Below are positions 29,816 through 40,132 of a DNA stretch of 64,000 nucleotides, piece by piece; the first letter of the stretch is position 1, and each line of letters opens with the position of its first letter. A program made the position numbers and the translations under genes. A model generated the notes under the pieces. It saw only the letters and a list, made by a program, of their open reading frames with translations, was not told where the DNA came from and made no database searches. Origin of the DNA: Candidatus Eiseniibacteriota bacterium (lineage in GTDB: Bacteria > Eisenbacteria > RBG-16-71-46); the NCBI GenBank assembly GCA_963776245.1, contig CAVZLN010000008.1:160001-224000 (forward strand). Direction: 5' to 3'.

Positions 29816-30583
29816 TCACTGCAACGAGCCGCCAGCGGCGGCCCCATTCCGGGCTGCCGGGTCCCCTCCCGCGAGCATCGGGGTCGCGGGCTCCTCGTCC
29901 CCGTACAGGGGCGCCGGGAGCGACCAGGCCCACCGCGCGAGCAGGGTGCGGAGCGCTCGCTCGAGATTGTGATCGTTCTCGCGCCATTCGAGGGCGGCGT
30001 TCCAGAACGCGCTCCCGTCGGCCTCGAAGTTCTGCTCGGCGCTGGCGGGCGGCAGTCCATGCCCGGCGGCCCCCGAGATCCACCACAACCGCGTGCCGTC
30101 CGCGTCCGTGAGCGAGGCGGTCATGCCGACCACTCCGCGCCCGCCGTCGGCGATCTCCCACCGATCGATCCGAACGCTCAGCACCGCGTGCACCCCGAGC
30201 AGCCCGGCCAGCCGACCCGCCATCCACGGCTCCACCTCGCCGCACCGCCAGATCTGCTCGTCCACCTCGCTCGCGAGGTTGCCCGGTTCGACGGTGGCCT
30301 CGGAGAGACGCGCCCGCACCTCGTCCGCGGGCATCCACCGGGTCGTGGATGGCTGGTAGAGCCCGACCCATGCCGCCTCGACCTGGCGTTCCGCGCGCGG
30401 ATCGCGGGCCACGCCCACGACGGGCAGCACCGCGATGGTGATCGTCCGATGGCTGTCGAGCTGGGCGCCGCGGTAGAGCTCGTCGCGCACCGGAGGGCGG
30501 GTCGCCGCGGCGCTCATACCGGTGACCAGTACGACGATCGCTGCGGCCGTGAGGGTTCCGATCCTGCGGTTCATCGCGTGCAT
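29816..30583 (-). CDS. hypothetical secreted protein (CsgG/TolB-N-like alpha/beta fold possible)
   Basis: Strong RBS AAGGAGG, signal peptide, 'TIAVLP', 'LAGLLGVHAVL', 'G..LW' pattern. Confidence 0.65.
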   Translation of the reverse strand: MHAMNRRIGTLTAAAIVVLVTGMSAAATRPPVRDELYRGAQLDSHRTITIAVLPVVGVARDPRAERQVEAAWVGLYQPSTTRWMPADEVRARLSEATVEPGNLASEVDEQIWRCGEVEPWMAGRLAGLLGVHAVLSVRIDRWEIADGGRGVVGMTASLTDADGTRLWWISGAAGHGLPPASAEQNFEADGSAFWNAALEWRENDHNLERALRTLLARWAWSLPAPLYGDEEPATPMLAGGDPAARNGAAAGGSLQ

Positions 30584-30632
30584 GGCTTCCTCCTTCGCTC
30601 TCGCGGCTCTTACGCTTTCCGCGCATGTCCGG

Positions 30633-30649
30633 TTGCAGAGCGCATGCCA
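30633..30649 (-). promoter_or_regulatory. sigma54 (-24/-12) promoter
   Basis: Minus strand TGGCATGCGCTCTGCAA = GG-N10-GC, about 50 bp upstream of ATG 30583. Confidence 0.65.
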
Positions 30650-30896
30650 CGCGGGTCCGAGCCTCACCGTGGCGCCGACCCACCCCGGCAATCGGCCGGG
30701 CCACCGCCGCTTGCGCGTCGCACGAGGCCGGAGCTCCGGGCCCGGTCGCCGATGGGGCGGCCACCGGCCCGCTCGCTCCGTCCAGTCGGACTCCACGCCG
30801 GCGGAGTGCGCACTCCACCGAACGACAGCCTGGGCGCACGAAGGCCCGGCGGGGCGTGCTGCCCCGCCGGGCCGTGGCGCGTTCGAGGAGGAGGCC

Positions 30897-32585
30897 TCAG
30901 GCCGTGCTGTCGGAGGGCCGGTCGTGGGCGCCGAGCACCCGGTTGAGCGGCCGGTTGGCCATCATCATCAGCAGGCCGTTTCCGAGCCCCAGCGCGGTGA
31001 GCATCAGGAAGAAGATCTGCTTGCCCGAGAAGTCGAACATGAGCAGGTGCATCTGGCTCTGGTTCCACTTGTCCCACAGGGTCCCGAGTGCCCCCGAGAG
31101 GTAGTTCCCGAAGAAGCTCGAGAGGAACCACGCTCCCATCATCATGGACACCATGCGCTGGGGCGCCACCTTGGTGACCAGCGACAGACCGATCGGCGAG
31201 AGGTAGAGCTCCCCGATCGTGATCACGAACGTGGTGCTGACCAGCCACATCACGCTGCGCTTGTCGGTGATGCCCATGCCCTGCGCGCCGACCACCATGA
31301 CGATGTAGGACAACCCGAGCAGGAAGCAGCCGATCGCCATCTTGGTGACGCTCGAGGGCTCGTTCTTCCCCTTCGCCTGCATCGCCCACACCATGTTGAG
31401 CAGCGGCGCGAACGCGAAGATCATGAGCGGATTGAAGGCTTGGAACCACGACGAGGGCGGGACGAAGCCCCCGATCGAGAAGGCCTTGAGATGCCAGCCG
31501 AACAGATCGAAGGCCGGGAGGGTCCCCAGCAGCGGGAGGCGGGGCCAGCGCGTGTTCTGGTCCGCCCACAGCTGCATGGTGTTCCCCTGCTGCTCGTAGC
31601 AGGCCCAGAACACGATATTGAGGATGCACAGCAGCAGCAGCGCGCCCACCGGCAGGCGCTCCTCGCGGGGCAGCCGGGTGATCCAGAACGTGAGCGCCGT
31701 GAGGCACACCCCGACGATCCCCGTGATCACCAGCCCGCGCACCACGGCGGACAGCGACGCGAACATCTGCGGCACGCCGAGGGCGCCGAGCAGCCAGGGC
31801 AGGCCGAGCACCAGCACGATGAGCCCCAGTCCGATCCCCACAATGTAGAGCAGGACCAGGCCGATGGCCTTCCCCGATGAGCTCTCGCGGACCGCCGGCT
31901 CCGGCGCCAGCATCGGCTGGCCCCAGAGGTAGAGGATCAGGCCGAGGATCATGCCGACGCCGGCGGCGCCGAATCCCCAGTGCCAGCCGAGCGTGGACTG
32001 ACCGAGCGTGCCGCACACCAGCGGCGCTAGGAACGCGCCCAGGTTGATGCCCATGTAGAATATGGTGAACGCCCCGTCCCGGCGCGGATCGCCCTCCTTG
32101 TAGAGCCCCCCCACCTGCGTCGAGATATTGGGCTTGAAGGCGCCGTTGCCGATGATCAGCAGGATGAGCCCGGGGAAGAACAGGCGGGGCGACATCAGCG
32201 TGAACTCGCCGATCGCCATCAGGACGCCGCCCAGGATCACCGAGCGGCGCTGCCCGAGCACCTTGTCCGCGAGCATGCCGCCCAGCAGCGGCGTCAGGTA
32301 CACGAAGGCGGTGTAGAAGCCGTACAGCTGCGAGGACAGCGGCTGGTTCGCGAGCGGGCCGAACAGCATCTCCAGCGAGCCCTTCACCGCGTTGAACCCG
32401 AGCACCTGCTGGCCGACATCGGGCTTGATGAACAGGAAGTTCACCATGTAGAGCACCAGCAGCGAGCGCATGCCGTAGTACGAGAAGCGCTCCCACATCT
32501 CGGTGAAGAACAGCACGAACAGCCCGACGGGATGCCCCATCAGGGTGCGCTCCTGTGGGGCTTTGACGTTGACGGTGGCGCTCAC
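30897..32585 (-). CDS. POT/PTR family peptide:H+ symporter (second paralog)
   Basis: 'GHPVGLFVLFFTEMWERFSYYGMR', 'GNGAFKPNIS', 'FYMGINLG', 'ELYLSPIGLS'. Confidence 0.93.
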   Translation of the reverse strand: MSATVNVKAPQERTLMGHPVGLFVLFFTEMWERFSYYGMRSLLVLYMVNFLFIKPDVGQQVLGFNAVKGSLEMLFGPLANQPLSSQLYGFYTAFVYLTPLLGGMLADKVLGQRRSVILGGVLMAIGEFTLMSPRLFFPGLILLIIGNGAFKPNISTQVGGLYKEGDPRRDGAFTIFYMGINLGAFLAPLVCGTLGQSTLGWHWGFGAAGVGMILGLILYLWGQPMLAPEPAVRESSSGKAIGLVLLYIVGIGLGLIVLVLGLPWLLGALGVPQMFASLSAVVRGLVITGIVGVCLTALTFWITRLPREERLPVGALLLLCILNIVFWACYEQQGNTMQLWADQNTRWPRLPLLGTLPAFDLFGWHLKAFSIGGFVPPSSWFQAFNPLMIFAFAPLLNMVWAMQAKGKNEPSSVTKMAIGCFLLGLSYIVMVVGAQGMGITDKRSVMWLVSTTFVITIGELYLSPIGLSLVTKVAPQRMVSMMMGAWFLSSFFGNYLSGALGTLWDKWNQSQMHLLMFDFSGKQIFFLMLTALGLGNGLLMMMANRPLNRVLGAHDRPSDSTA

Positions 32586-32803
32586 GATTGGGATCCCCCG
32601 GGTCGTGTGAGACGGGCGTGCGCGGGAACGGTGGCGCCTCCGGCGGCCCCGTGGCCCCGGTGCGCGGACCGCGGCAGGATACGCATTCCCGAGGTCGCGG
32701 TGAAGGAATCGTTATGGGCGTCCGTCACCGGAGGTGCGAGCGCGGCCGGAGACGGGACGGGCGCGGCGCGGCACGGCGCGGAGGCCCGGCCGCGCCCCGC
32801 GGG

Positions 32804-33526
32804 TCAGGCGTGGACCGTGCCGGCGTCCGCGCGCAGCCGCTCGAACTTCTCCAGCGCGGCCGCGGCGATCAGGCTCACCGCGGCCTCGACCGAGATGCTG
32901 AGATGGTTGACGATCAGGTCGTAGCCGAGCGGGTCGTCGATGTCGCGCCCGTAGACCTTGCGCACGAACTCCGCGCGCTCGCGGTCGGCGACGTCGATCA
33001 TGTGCTCCGCCTGGCGCGCGCCGAGGCCGTCCCGTTCGACCAGGCTCCGTACCCGCACGTCGCGCGGCGCCACCACGCGCAGGTGGAACCCGCCGAGGTG
33101 CCCGAGGATGAAGTTCGCGCCGCGGCCCACCACCACGACCCCGCCCAGACGCGCCATCGCCGTCAGGGTCTCGAGCAGCGCGCGCACGTAGTCCGACGCG
33201 TCCACCGAGTGGCCGGCGAACAGGGCCTCGATCCAGTTCGAGATCTCGGAGCGCGCGTGCTCGTCGAGCGACTCGAGGATGCGGCGCTGGTAGCCGGTGG
33301 TGGCGCACACGCGGTCGATGAGGTCGCGGTCGAGCAGCGTGTACCCGAAGCGTTCGGCGAGCTTCGCGGCCAGTTGCGTGCCGCCGCTGCCGCGCTGGCG
33401 TGAGACGGTGATCACCGGCTGGCGCACGGGGCGCGGAGCGCGGGGCGCGAACGCGGCGTTCGAGATCCGGCGCTCGAGTTCCCAGCGGCGCAGCTGACGG
33501 TCGAGGATGGCATCGGTGGACGGCAT
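32804..33526 (-). CDS. cytidylate kinase-like family protein (Cytidylate_kin2)
   Basis: 'VITVSRQRGSGG...A..LAE..G', 'VVVGRGANFIL', 'D.ER..F....YG.DI.DP..YDL.VN'. Confidence 0.85.
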   Translation of the reverse strand: MPSTDAILDRQLRRWELERRISNAAFAPRAPRPVRQPVITVSRQRGSGGTQLAAKLAERFGYTLLDRDLIDRVCATTGYQRRILESLDEHARSEISNWIEALFAGHSVDASDYVRALLETLTAMARLGGVVVVGRGANFILGHLGGFHLRVVAPRDVRVRSLVERDGLGARQAEHMIDVADRERAEFVRKVYGRDIDDPLGYDLIVNHLSISVEAAVSLIAAAALEKFERLRADAGTVHA

Positions 33527-33729
33527 GGCTGCCTCCCGTCGCCACCGGGGTGCCGCGGGCGGTTCGCCGCGCCCGGACGCCACCGGGCGTCCGCCGCATT
33601 CCCGCGGCCCGCCGGGGCTCTCTCTCCGGGAACCAGCGTAGCACCGGCCGGACCGGGGCGCGACACGCGAGCGGCCCCGCCCGCATCGGCGGGGCCGCTC
33701 GCTCTCGCTCGGTCTCGTCCCGCCGGTCG

Positions 33730-36700
33730 TTACTCCTTCTTCCAGTCCGGGACGCGGCCCGGGGTCCACGGCGCGCCGGCGTGATCGGCGTCCCGCTCGA
33801 GGTCGCGCAGGTCGCCTTCGATCAGCGACTTCACCTGGGGCAGGAAGACGTCGAACGCGGCGGCCGCGAGCTCGTAGTCGTGCCGGTGGGTGTTGGTCGG
33901 GTCACCGGTCGTGTACCAGTGCCCGCTCACCACGCGCTGCACACGGTCGGTGATCGAGGGCGGCGTGGGCTCGTTGCGCGACGCCTTGAACGCGTCCCCG
34001 TCGAGCGTCACCTGCAGGTCCTTGAGCCTCGACTCGAGCGTCCGGGCGCGCGCGGCGAGCTCCGCGGTCTCCGCGCCGGGCGTCTCGTCGATCGCCTTCT
34101 TCAGGTGGGTGAGCCGGACCTGCGCTTCCGCGAGCGCGCGCGATGCCCCGAGGGCGGCCCGCTGCAGGCGGGCGGTCTTCTGCTGGAACGCGAGCAGCGC
34201 CCCGCGGTCCTTCGGCGGCAGCGAGGACTCGCCGAGCGTCGACACCGTGAACGCGGCCGGCCCGGCGATGGCGGACAGCCTGCCCTCGACCCGGGTGGCG
34301 AGCGACACGCGATAGGTGCCGGGCGCGGCGAGCGGGCCGGCGGGCGGCTGGTCCCACGGCGCCAGGTCGCCGGTCGTGAGGCTCACGGGCTCGCTCGCGG
34401 GGTAGCGGAGGTCCCAGGTCACGCGATGGAACCCCGACGTCAGCGGGCCCGTGACCCGTCGCACCACGCCGCCGTCCGGATCGGTCACGGTCAGGATGGC
34501 GACCGGGTCCTCCTCGCGCGACTCGGCGCGCAGGCTGTCCCACGACGGATAGAGATTGTCGCCGCCCTTCTTCGCGACCTCCTGCTCCTTCGCCTGGCGC
34601 GTCTTCTCGCGCGTCTTGATGGCCTGCCCGACGTAGTAGGTGAAGGTCGCGCCCAGCGGCGGGTTCGGCGCGGTGTAGAACGCGTCGCCCTGCGAGGCCT
34701 TGTCGCGCCCCCCGAGCGGCGAGCGTGGGACGAACATCTTCGCCGGTCGCACCGGGAGCAGCACCGTGGCGCTGTCGAGCATCGCCGTGCTCACGCGGCG
34801 CAGCGGGGAGAGGTCATCGAGGATGTAGTAGCCGCGCCCGAAGGTCGCCACCACCAGGTCGTCCTCGCGCCGCTGGATGGCGAGGTCCTTGACGCAGATG
34901 GGAGGCATGCCGCCCTTGAGCTGCACCCATTTCCGGCCGCCGTCCGCGGTGAAGAACACGCCGAAGTCGGTGCCCACGAACAGCAGGTCGGCGTCGACCG
35001 GGTCCTCGAGGATCACGTACACCGAGCCGCGCGCCGGCAGGTCGCCGGCGATGCTGGTCCAGGTGCGCCCGAGGTCGGTGGACTTGAGCACGTAGGGCTT
35101 GAAGTCACCCATCTTGTGATTGTTGAACGTGGCGTAGAGCGTGCCGTCGGCATGGCGCGAGGCCTCGACCCGGGACACGTAGGTGAGCTCGGGCACGCCG
35201 GTGAAGCGCTCGATGCGCCGCCAGTTCCGCCCGCCATCCTCGGTGACCTGGATCAGCCCGTCGTCGGTGCCGACCGCGATCAGCCCCTCCTTCCGGGGCG
35301 ATTCGCTGAGGGCGACGATATTGCCGTAGAACGAGGTCGAGGCGTTGCGCGCGACCGCGTCCACGCTCCACACGCGGTCCATCACCGGGAGCCGGTTGCG
35401 GTCGAGCTGCCGCGTCAGGTCCCCGCTCACCGGCACCCAGGTGTCGCCGCGGTCGTCGCTGCGGAACAGCCGATTGGCGGCGAAGTAGAGCCGCGTGTGC
35501 AGGTGCGGGCTGAGGATGAAGGGCGAGTCCCAGTTCCAGCGCAGCGGCGGCTCGCCCGGCTCGGGCTGGGGCTGCAGATCGAGCGTCTCGCCGGTCTTGC
35601 GGTCGTAGCGCACCAGCCCGCCGTACTGCCACATCGAGTACACCATGTCCGGGTCGGTGGGATCCACGCGGGTCTGGTAGCCGTCGCCGCCCACGGTGAT
35701 GAAGCAGTCCTGGTTGGTGATCCCGTGCTCGGTGCGGGTGCGCGACGGCATGCCGATGCTGTTGTTGTCCTGGGTGCCGCCGTAGATGTTGTAGAACGGC
35801 TCGGCGTTGTCCACCTCGACCTTGTAGAACTGGGTCACCGGCAGATTGGCGAAGAACTTCCAGGTCGCGCCGCGGTCGTAGGACTCGTACAGCCCGCCGT
35901 CGCAGCCGGCGATCAGGTGCTGATTGTCACCCGGCTCGATCCACAGCGCGTGGTTGTCCACGTGCTTGAAGGTCTCGCCGACCTTCTTCCAGGTCTTGCC
36001 CGCGTCCTCGGTCACTTGCATCCAGGTGTCCATCGAGTACACGCGGCCCTCCACCTTCGGGTCGGCGATCAGCTCCTGGTAGTACTGGGCGCTCCCGCTC
36101 ACGAAATCGCCGCGCTTCTCCCAGTGGCTGCCGCCGTCGGTGGAGCGGAAGCAGCCGCCGTTCTTGCGCGTCGCCTCGACCGTGGCGTAGATCGTATTGG
36201 GATCCTGGGGCGAGAGGCACATGCCGATGCGGCCGATGTCCCCCTCCGGCAATCCGGCGGTGAGCCGGGTCCACGTCTTGCCACCGTCGGTGCTCTTGTG
36301 GATCCCCGAGCCGGGGCCGCCGTCCACCATGGCCCAGACCCGGCGACCGCGCTGGTACGAGACGGCGTACAGCACCTCGTGGTCGCGCGGGTCGATCACC
36401 ACCTCGCTCACGCCGGTCCACGGGTCGATGTCGAGCACGCGGTTCCATGTCTTCCCGCCGTCCTCGGTCTTGTAGAGCCCGCGGTCGCCGCCCTTGGCCC
36501 ACAGCGGCCCCTGCGCGGCCACGTACACCACGTCGCTGTTGGTCGGATCGACGGCGATCTGGCCGATGTGCTCGCTGTTCTCGAGCCCGACCTTCTTCCA
36601 CGAGCGGCCGCCGTCCACCGACTTGTAGAGGCCATCGCCATAGCCCACCGAGCGCTGGCTGTTGTTCTCGCCGGTGCCCACCCACACCGTGAGCGGATGG

Positions 36701-37122
36701 CTGGGGTCGATGGTCACGCACCCGATCGAGTACGAGACCTGCTCGTCGAAGATGGGCGCGAACGTGGTGCCCGCGTTGGTGGTCTTCCACACCCCGCCGC
36801 ATGCGACCGCGACATACCACGTGTTGAGATCCGAGGGATGGATGGCGACGTCGATGATGCGACCCGAGGTGAGCGCGGGCCCGATGCCGCGGAGCGCGAG
36901 GCCGGTGAACGTGCCGCTGACAAGCTTGCCCTCGGGCGCCTTGGCGGGTTCCTTCGCGGCCCGGGGGGCCGCCGGCTTCGCGGCGGCCCGCGCGGCCGCG
37001 GCGGCGGCCAGCTTGGGAGTGGGCTGGGCGGCGGACTTCGCGCTCCGGATGGAGGCCGCGGCGGCGAGTGCCGGAGCGGCGATCAGGAGTGCAAGGCAGA
37101 CGGCGGCGATGGTTCGGCGCAT
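33730..37122 (-). CDS. secreted BNR/Asp-box repeat beta-propeller protein (VPS10/sortilin-like glycosyl hydrolase)
   Basis: Signal peptide, 'RGIGPA..SGRI', many 'S.DGG.TW' Asp-boxes, 'GGTQDN', 'ATFGRG'. Confidence 0.9.
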   Translation of the reverse strand: MRRTIAAVCLALLIAAPALAAAASIRSAKSAAQPTPKLAAAAAARAAAKPAAPRAAKEPAKAPEGKLVSGTFTGLALRGIGPALTSGRIIDVAIHPSDLNTWYVAVACGGVWKTTNAGTTFAPIFDEQVSYSIGCVTIDPSHPLTVWVGTGENNSQRSVGYGDGLYKSVDGGRSWKKVGLENSEHIGQIAVDPTNSDVVYVAAQGPLWAKGGDRGLYKTEDGGKTWNRVLDIDPWTGVSEVVIDPRDHEVLYAVSYQRGRRVWAMVDGGPGSGIHKSTDGGKTWTRLTAGLPEGDIGRIGMCLSPQDPNTIYATVEATRKNGGCFRSTDGGSHWEKRGDFVSGSAQYYQELIADPKVEGRVYSMDTWMQVTEDAGKTWKKVGETFKHVDNHALWIEPGDNQHLIAGCDGGLYESYDRGATWKFFANLPVTQFYKVEVDNAEPFYNIYGGTQDNNSIGMPSRTRTEHGITNQDCFITVGGDGYQTRVDPTDPDMVYSMWQYGGLVRYDRKTGETLDLQPQPEPGEPPLRWNWDSPFILSPHLHTRLYFAANRLFRSDDRGDTWVPVSGDLTRQLDRNRLPVMDRVWSVDAVARNASTSFYGNIVALSESPRKEGLIAVGTDDGLIQVTEDGGRNWRRIERFTGVPELTYVSRVEASRHADGTLYATFNNHKMGDFKPYVLKSTDLGRTWTSIAGDLPARGSVYVILEDPVDADLLFVGTDFGVFFTADGGRKWVQLKGGMPPICVKDLAIQRREDDLVVATFGRGYYILDDLSPLRRVSTAMLDSATVLLPVRPAKMFVPRSPLGGRDKASQGDAFYTAPNPPLGATFTYYVGQAIKTREKTRQAKEQEVAKKGGDNLYPSWDSLRAESREEDPVAILTVTDPDGGVVRRVTGPLTSGFHRVTWDLRYPASEPVSLTTGDLAPWDQPPAGPLAAPGTYRVSLATRVEGRLSAIAGPAAFTVSTLGESSLPPKDRGALLAFQQKTARLQRAALGASRALAEAQVRLTHLKKAIDETPGAETAELAARARTLESRLKDLQVTLDGDAFKASRNEPTPPSITDRVQRVVSGHWYTTGDPTNTHRHDYELAAAAFDVFLPQVKSLIEGDLRDLERDADHAGAPWTPGRVPDWKKE

Positions 37123-37385
37123 CGGAGGATCCCTCGCGTGCGGGTGACGGATGCCGGCGCGTGGAGCGACCGCCGGCCGGGATGGAGACGGAGCGTGGGG
37201 ACTCTAGTCCCTCGGGGATCGTGGCGCGAGCATGCCGGCGGACGAGCGCGGCAGGCCGTGTGCACGAGCGCGGGGGAAGCGTTGCGCGGCGCGCTTCTGC
37301 TAAGGTCTCGGCGCGTCGCCCGGGCGGCCTGCCGCGCGCCCCGCCTTCGCCGGCCGCACCCACTTCACGCACCGGAGGGATCCTC

Positions 37386-38249
37386 ATGTCGAACGTGTTC
37401 CGCCACGCCACCCTGCCCGCTGCGCTCGCGCTGCTCTCACTCGCCGCGCCCGCGCTCGCCCAGTTCGTCACGCCGCGCGTCAGCCCCAACGCGAGCGTCT
37501 CGCAGACCATCGGGGTCACCGACGTCACCGTGAAGTACTGCCGCCCGGGCGTGAAGGGCCGCGTCATCTGGGGCGGGCTGGTGCCCAAGGACAAACCCTG
37601 GCGCACCGGCGCCAACGAGGCGACCAGCTTCACCGTCACCCACGACGTCACGGTGAACGGAAAGCCGCTCGCGGCCGGCACCTACGCCCTGCTCACCATC
37701 CCCGGTGAGAAGGACTGGCAGGTGGTGTTCAACTCCGACAAGGACCTGTGGGGCGCGTACGAGTACAAGCCCGAGCACGACGTGCTGCGCGTGACGGCCA
37801 CGCCGAAGCCCGCCGAGCACGAGGAGTGGATGCGCTTCGCGTTCGAGAACCTCACCCCGTCGAGCGCCGACCTGGTGCTGCGCTGGGAGACGCTCGAGCT
37901 GCCAGTGACCATCGCGGCGGACGTGAACGGCATCATGCTCGCCTCCGCCCGCGAAGCCGTCACCCAGGCCAAGGCCGACGACTGGCGCACGCCGTACCAG
38001 GCGGCGCGCTGGGGCTTCGACAACGGCCAGGCGCTCGAGGAGGCCGCGAAGTGGCTGGAGAAGTCGCTCACGGTGCAGACCACGTTCGCCAACCTCGGCC
38101 TCAAGGCGCGCTGGCTCGCGAAGGACGGCAAGACCCAGGACGCCATCGCCGCCGGCCGGAAGGCCGTCGAGCTGGGCAAGGCGAGCCCCGACAAGCCCGA
38201 CACCGCGCCGCTCGAGAAGTCGATCGCTGAGTGGGGCGCGGTGAAGTAG
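37386..38249 (+). CDS. DUF2911 domain-containing secreted protein with C-terminal TPR-like helices
   Basis: 'PRVSP...VSQTIG.T...V.Y.RP..KGR.IWGGLVP....WRTGANE.T'. Confidence 0.9.
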   Translation: MSNVFRHATLPAALALLSLAAPALAQFVTPRVSPNASVSQTIGVTDVTVKYCRPGVKGRVIWGGLVPKDKPWRTGANEATSFTVTHDVTVNGKPLAAGTYALLTIPGEKDWQVVFNSDKDLWGAYEYKPEHDVLRVTATPKPAEHEEWMRFAFENLTPSSADLVLRWETLELPVTIAADVNGIMLASAREAVTQAKADDWRTPYQAARWGFDNGQALEEAAKWLEKSLTVQTTFANLGLKARWLAKDGKTQDAIAAGRKAVELGKASPDKPDTAPLEKSIAEWGAVK

Positions 38250-38265
38250 CGGCGCTCCCGCCGGT

Positions 38266-39972
38266 TCAGGCCGCCGCGGCCGATGCGCCGCGGCGGCCGA
38301 CCAGCGGCTCCAGCGCGAGCGCGAGCAGCACGACGAGCGCGCAGCCCAGCACGTTGTACCAGAGGAACGAGATGGCGGTGAGCCGGAAGCACGCGATCAC
38401 CGCCCCCTCGGCCACCAGCGCGGCGAGGAACACCGCCGTCCCGCCGACGCGCCGGAGATAGAACGCGGTGAGGAAGATGCCGAGGATGGTGCCGTAGAAC
38501 AGCGAGCCGAGGATGTTCACCGCCTCGACCAGCGTGCCCAGTCCGCTCGCCCAGCCGGCGAACGCGATCGCGAACCCGGTCCACGCCACGGTGGCGATCC
38601 GCGACACCACGAGGTCGCGGCGCTCGTCGGGCACGTGTCCGGGCAGCCGGCGCCACACGTCCACCACCGTGGTCGAGGCGAGCGCGTTCAGCTCGGCCGA
38701 GGTGGAGTTCATCGAGGCCGCGAACACCGCGGCGAACACCAGCCCGATCAGCCCCGCGGGCAGCGACCCGAGCACGAACCACAGGAAGACGTAGTTGTTG
38801 TCGTTGCCGCTCGAGCCCGGATTGGCGGCACGCACCAGCGCCGCGGCCTCGGTGCGCGCGGCGCGCACGCGCGCGTCGGCGGCGCGCAGCCCGGCGGCGG
38901 CGCGGGTCTCGGCCGCGGCGTCGTGCGCATGGCGCGCGGCGACCAGCGCCTGCGCGTCGCCGCGCCGCTCGGCGAGGGCGGCGGCGTGCGCCCCCTCGAG
39001 CGCGCTCCAGCGCGCGGCTCCGGGACCGTGGGCGGCGCGTGCGGCCTCGACCGGATTGAAGTGGAGCGGCGGCGGCACGAACAGCGACACCGCGAACACG
39101 GTGACCCCGAGCGCCAGGATGACGAGCTGCATCGGCACCTTGAGCATGCCGTTCACCAGCAGCCCGCGGCGGCTCTCCCCGACCGAACGCCCGGTCAGGT
39201 AGCGCCCGACCTGCGACTGGTCGGTGCCGAAGTAGGCGAGCTGGAGGAAGAACCCTCCCAGCAGCCCGGACCACAGGTTGTAGCGATCGTTCGGGTCGAA
39301 CCGCAGCTCGACCGCCGTGAGCTTGCCGAGGCGCCCCGCGAGGTGCGCCGCGTCCCCGGCGCTCACCCCCGCGGGCAGCGCGGCCAGCGCGAGCGCCCAC
39401 GCCAGGCCGAACGTCACGAGGATGATGAGGAACTGGAGCGTGTGCGTGTGGCTCACCGCGCGGCTGCCGCCCACCGCCGTGTACGCCACCACCAGCGCGC
39501 CCAGCAGCGCGCACGTCCAGCGCACGTCCCAGCCGAGGATCACCGACAGCACCAGCGCCGGCGCGTAGATGGTGAGTCCGGCGGCCAGCCCGCGCTGCAC
39601 CAGGAACAGCCCGGCGGCGAGCGAGCGCGTCTTGGAGTCGAAGCGTCGCTCCAGGAACTCGTACGCCGTGAACACGCGCAGGCGGTGATACAGCGGCACC
39701 GCGGTGACCGAGAGCACCACCATCGCCAGCGGCAGGCCGAAGTAGAACTGCACGAAGCGCAGTCCGTCGGCGAAGCCCTGTCCCGGCGTCGAGAGGAAGG
39801 TGATCGCGCTCGCCTGGGTGGCCATCACCGAGAGCGCCACCATCGGCCACGGCATCGCGCGGCCGGCCACCAGGTAGGCGTCGAGGCTGCCGCTGGCGCG
39901 CCCACGCCACAGCCCGTAGCCCACGAATCCCGCGAGCGTCACCGCCAGCACCACCCAGTCGAGCGCGCTCAC
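38266..39972 (-). CDS. sodium:solute symporter (SSS family)
   Basis: 'LSVMATQASAITFLSTPGQG', 'AYEFLE.RF', 'YFGTDQSQVGRYL'; GTG start overlapping the upstream stop. Confidence 0.92.
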   Translation of the reverse strand: MSALDWVVLAVTLAGFVGYGLWRGRASGSLDAYLVAGRAMPWPMVALSVMATQASAITFLSTPGQGFADGLRFVQFYFGLPLAMVVLSVTAVPLYHRLRVFTAYEFLERRFDSKTRSLAAGLFLVQRGLAAGLTIYAPALVLSVILGWDVRWTCALLGALVVAYTAVGGSRAVSHTHTLQFLIILVTFGLAWALALAALPAGVSAGDAAHLAGRLGKLTAVELRFDPNDRYNLWSGLLGGFFLQLAYFGTDQSQVGRYLTGRSVGESRRGLLVNGMLKVPMQLVILALGVTVFAVSLFVPPPLHFNPVEAARAAHGPGAARWSALEGAHAAALAERRGDAQALVAARHAHDAAAETRAAAGLRAADARVRAARTEAAALVRAANPGSSGNDNNYVFLWFVLGSLPAGLIGLVFAAVFAASMNSTSAELNALASTTVVDVWRRLPGHVPDERRDLVVSRIATVAWTGFAIAFAGWASGLGTLVEAVNILGSLFYGTILGIFLTAFYLRRVGGTAVFLAALVAEGAVIACFRLTAISFLWYNVLGCALVVLLALALEPLVGRRGASAAAA

Positions 39973-40127
39973 GCGAAGGTCCGGGTGAGCCACAGCAGCA
40001 GCAGGATGAGGAACGCGAGCCAGGCGATCACCACGGCGTAGGCGCGCGGCCACGCGCCGAGCGGCGCGCCCGGCTCGGCGCCTCCCGCGCGCGGCGCGGG
40101 TCCGCGCGGCTCAGGCTCGCGCGGCAT
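39969..40127 (-). CDS. small single-TM protein preceding the SSS gene (putative accessory subunit)
   Basis: '...LGAWPRAYAVVIAWLAFLILLLLWLTRTFA'; its stop overlaps the SSS start (GTGA) and an alternative GTG start at 40136 overlaps the upstream stop. Confidence 0.65.
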   Translation of the reverse strand: MPREPEPRGPAPRAGGAEPGAPLGAWPRAYAVVIAWLAFLILLLLWLTRTFA

Positions 40128-40132
40128 CGCGC

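Noticed and set aside
27974..30946. 990-aa sigma54 activator with a long C-terminal extension
   Set aside because: Artefact of the +1 frameshift near 29075; the real C-terminus ends at 29594.
34860..36800. Recurrent GAC-GGC-GGC..ACC-TGG type DNA repeats
   Set aside because: These simply encode the BNR/Asp-box protein repeats of the beta-propeller.
33550..37533. 1327-aa plus-strand ORF (and similar long ORFs such as 18696-21596, 25816-27801, 40289-42736, 55351-58593)
   Set aside because: Antisense or shifted shadows of real genes in very high-GC DNA; Arg/Ala/Gly/Pro-rich with no motifs.
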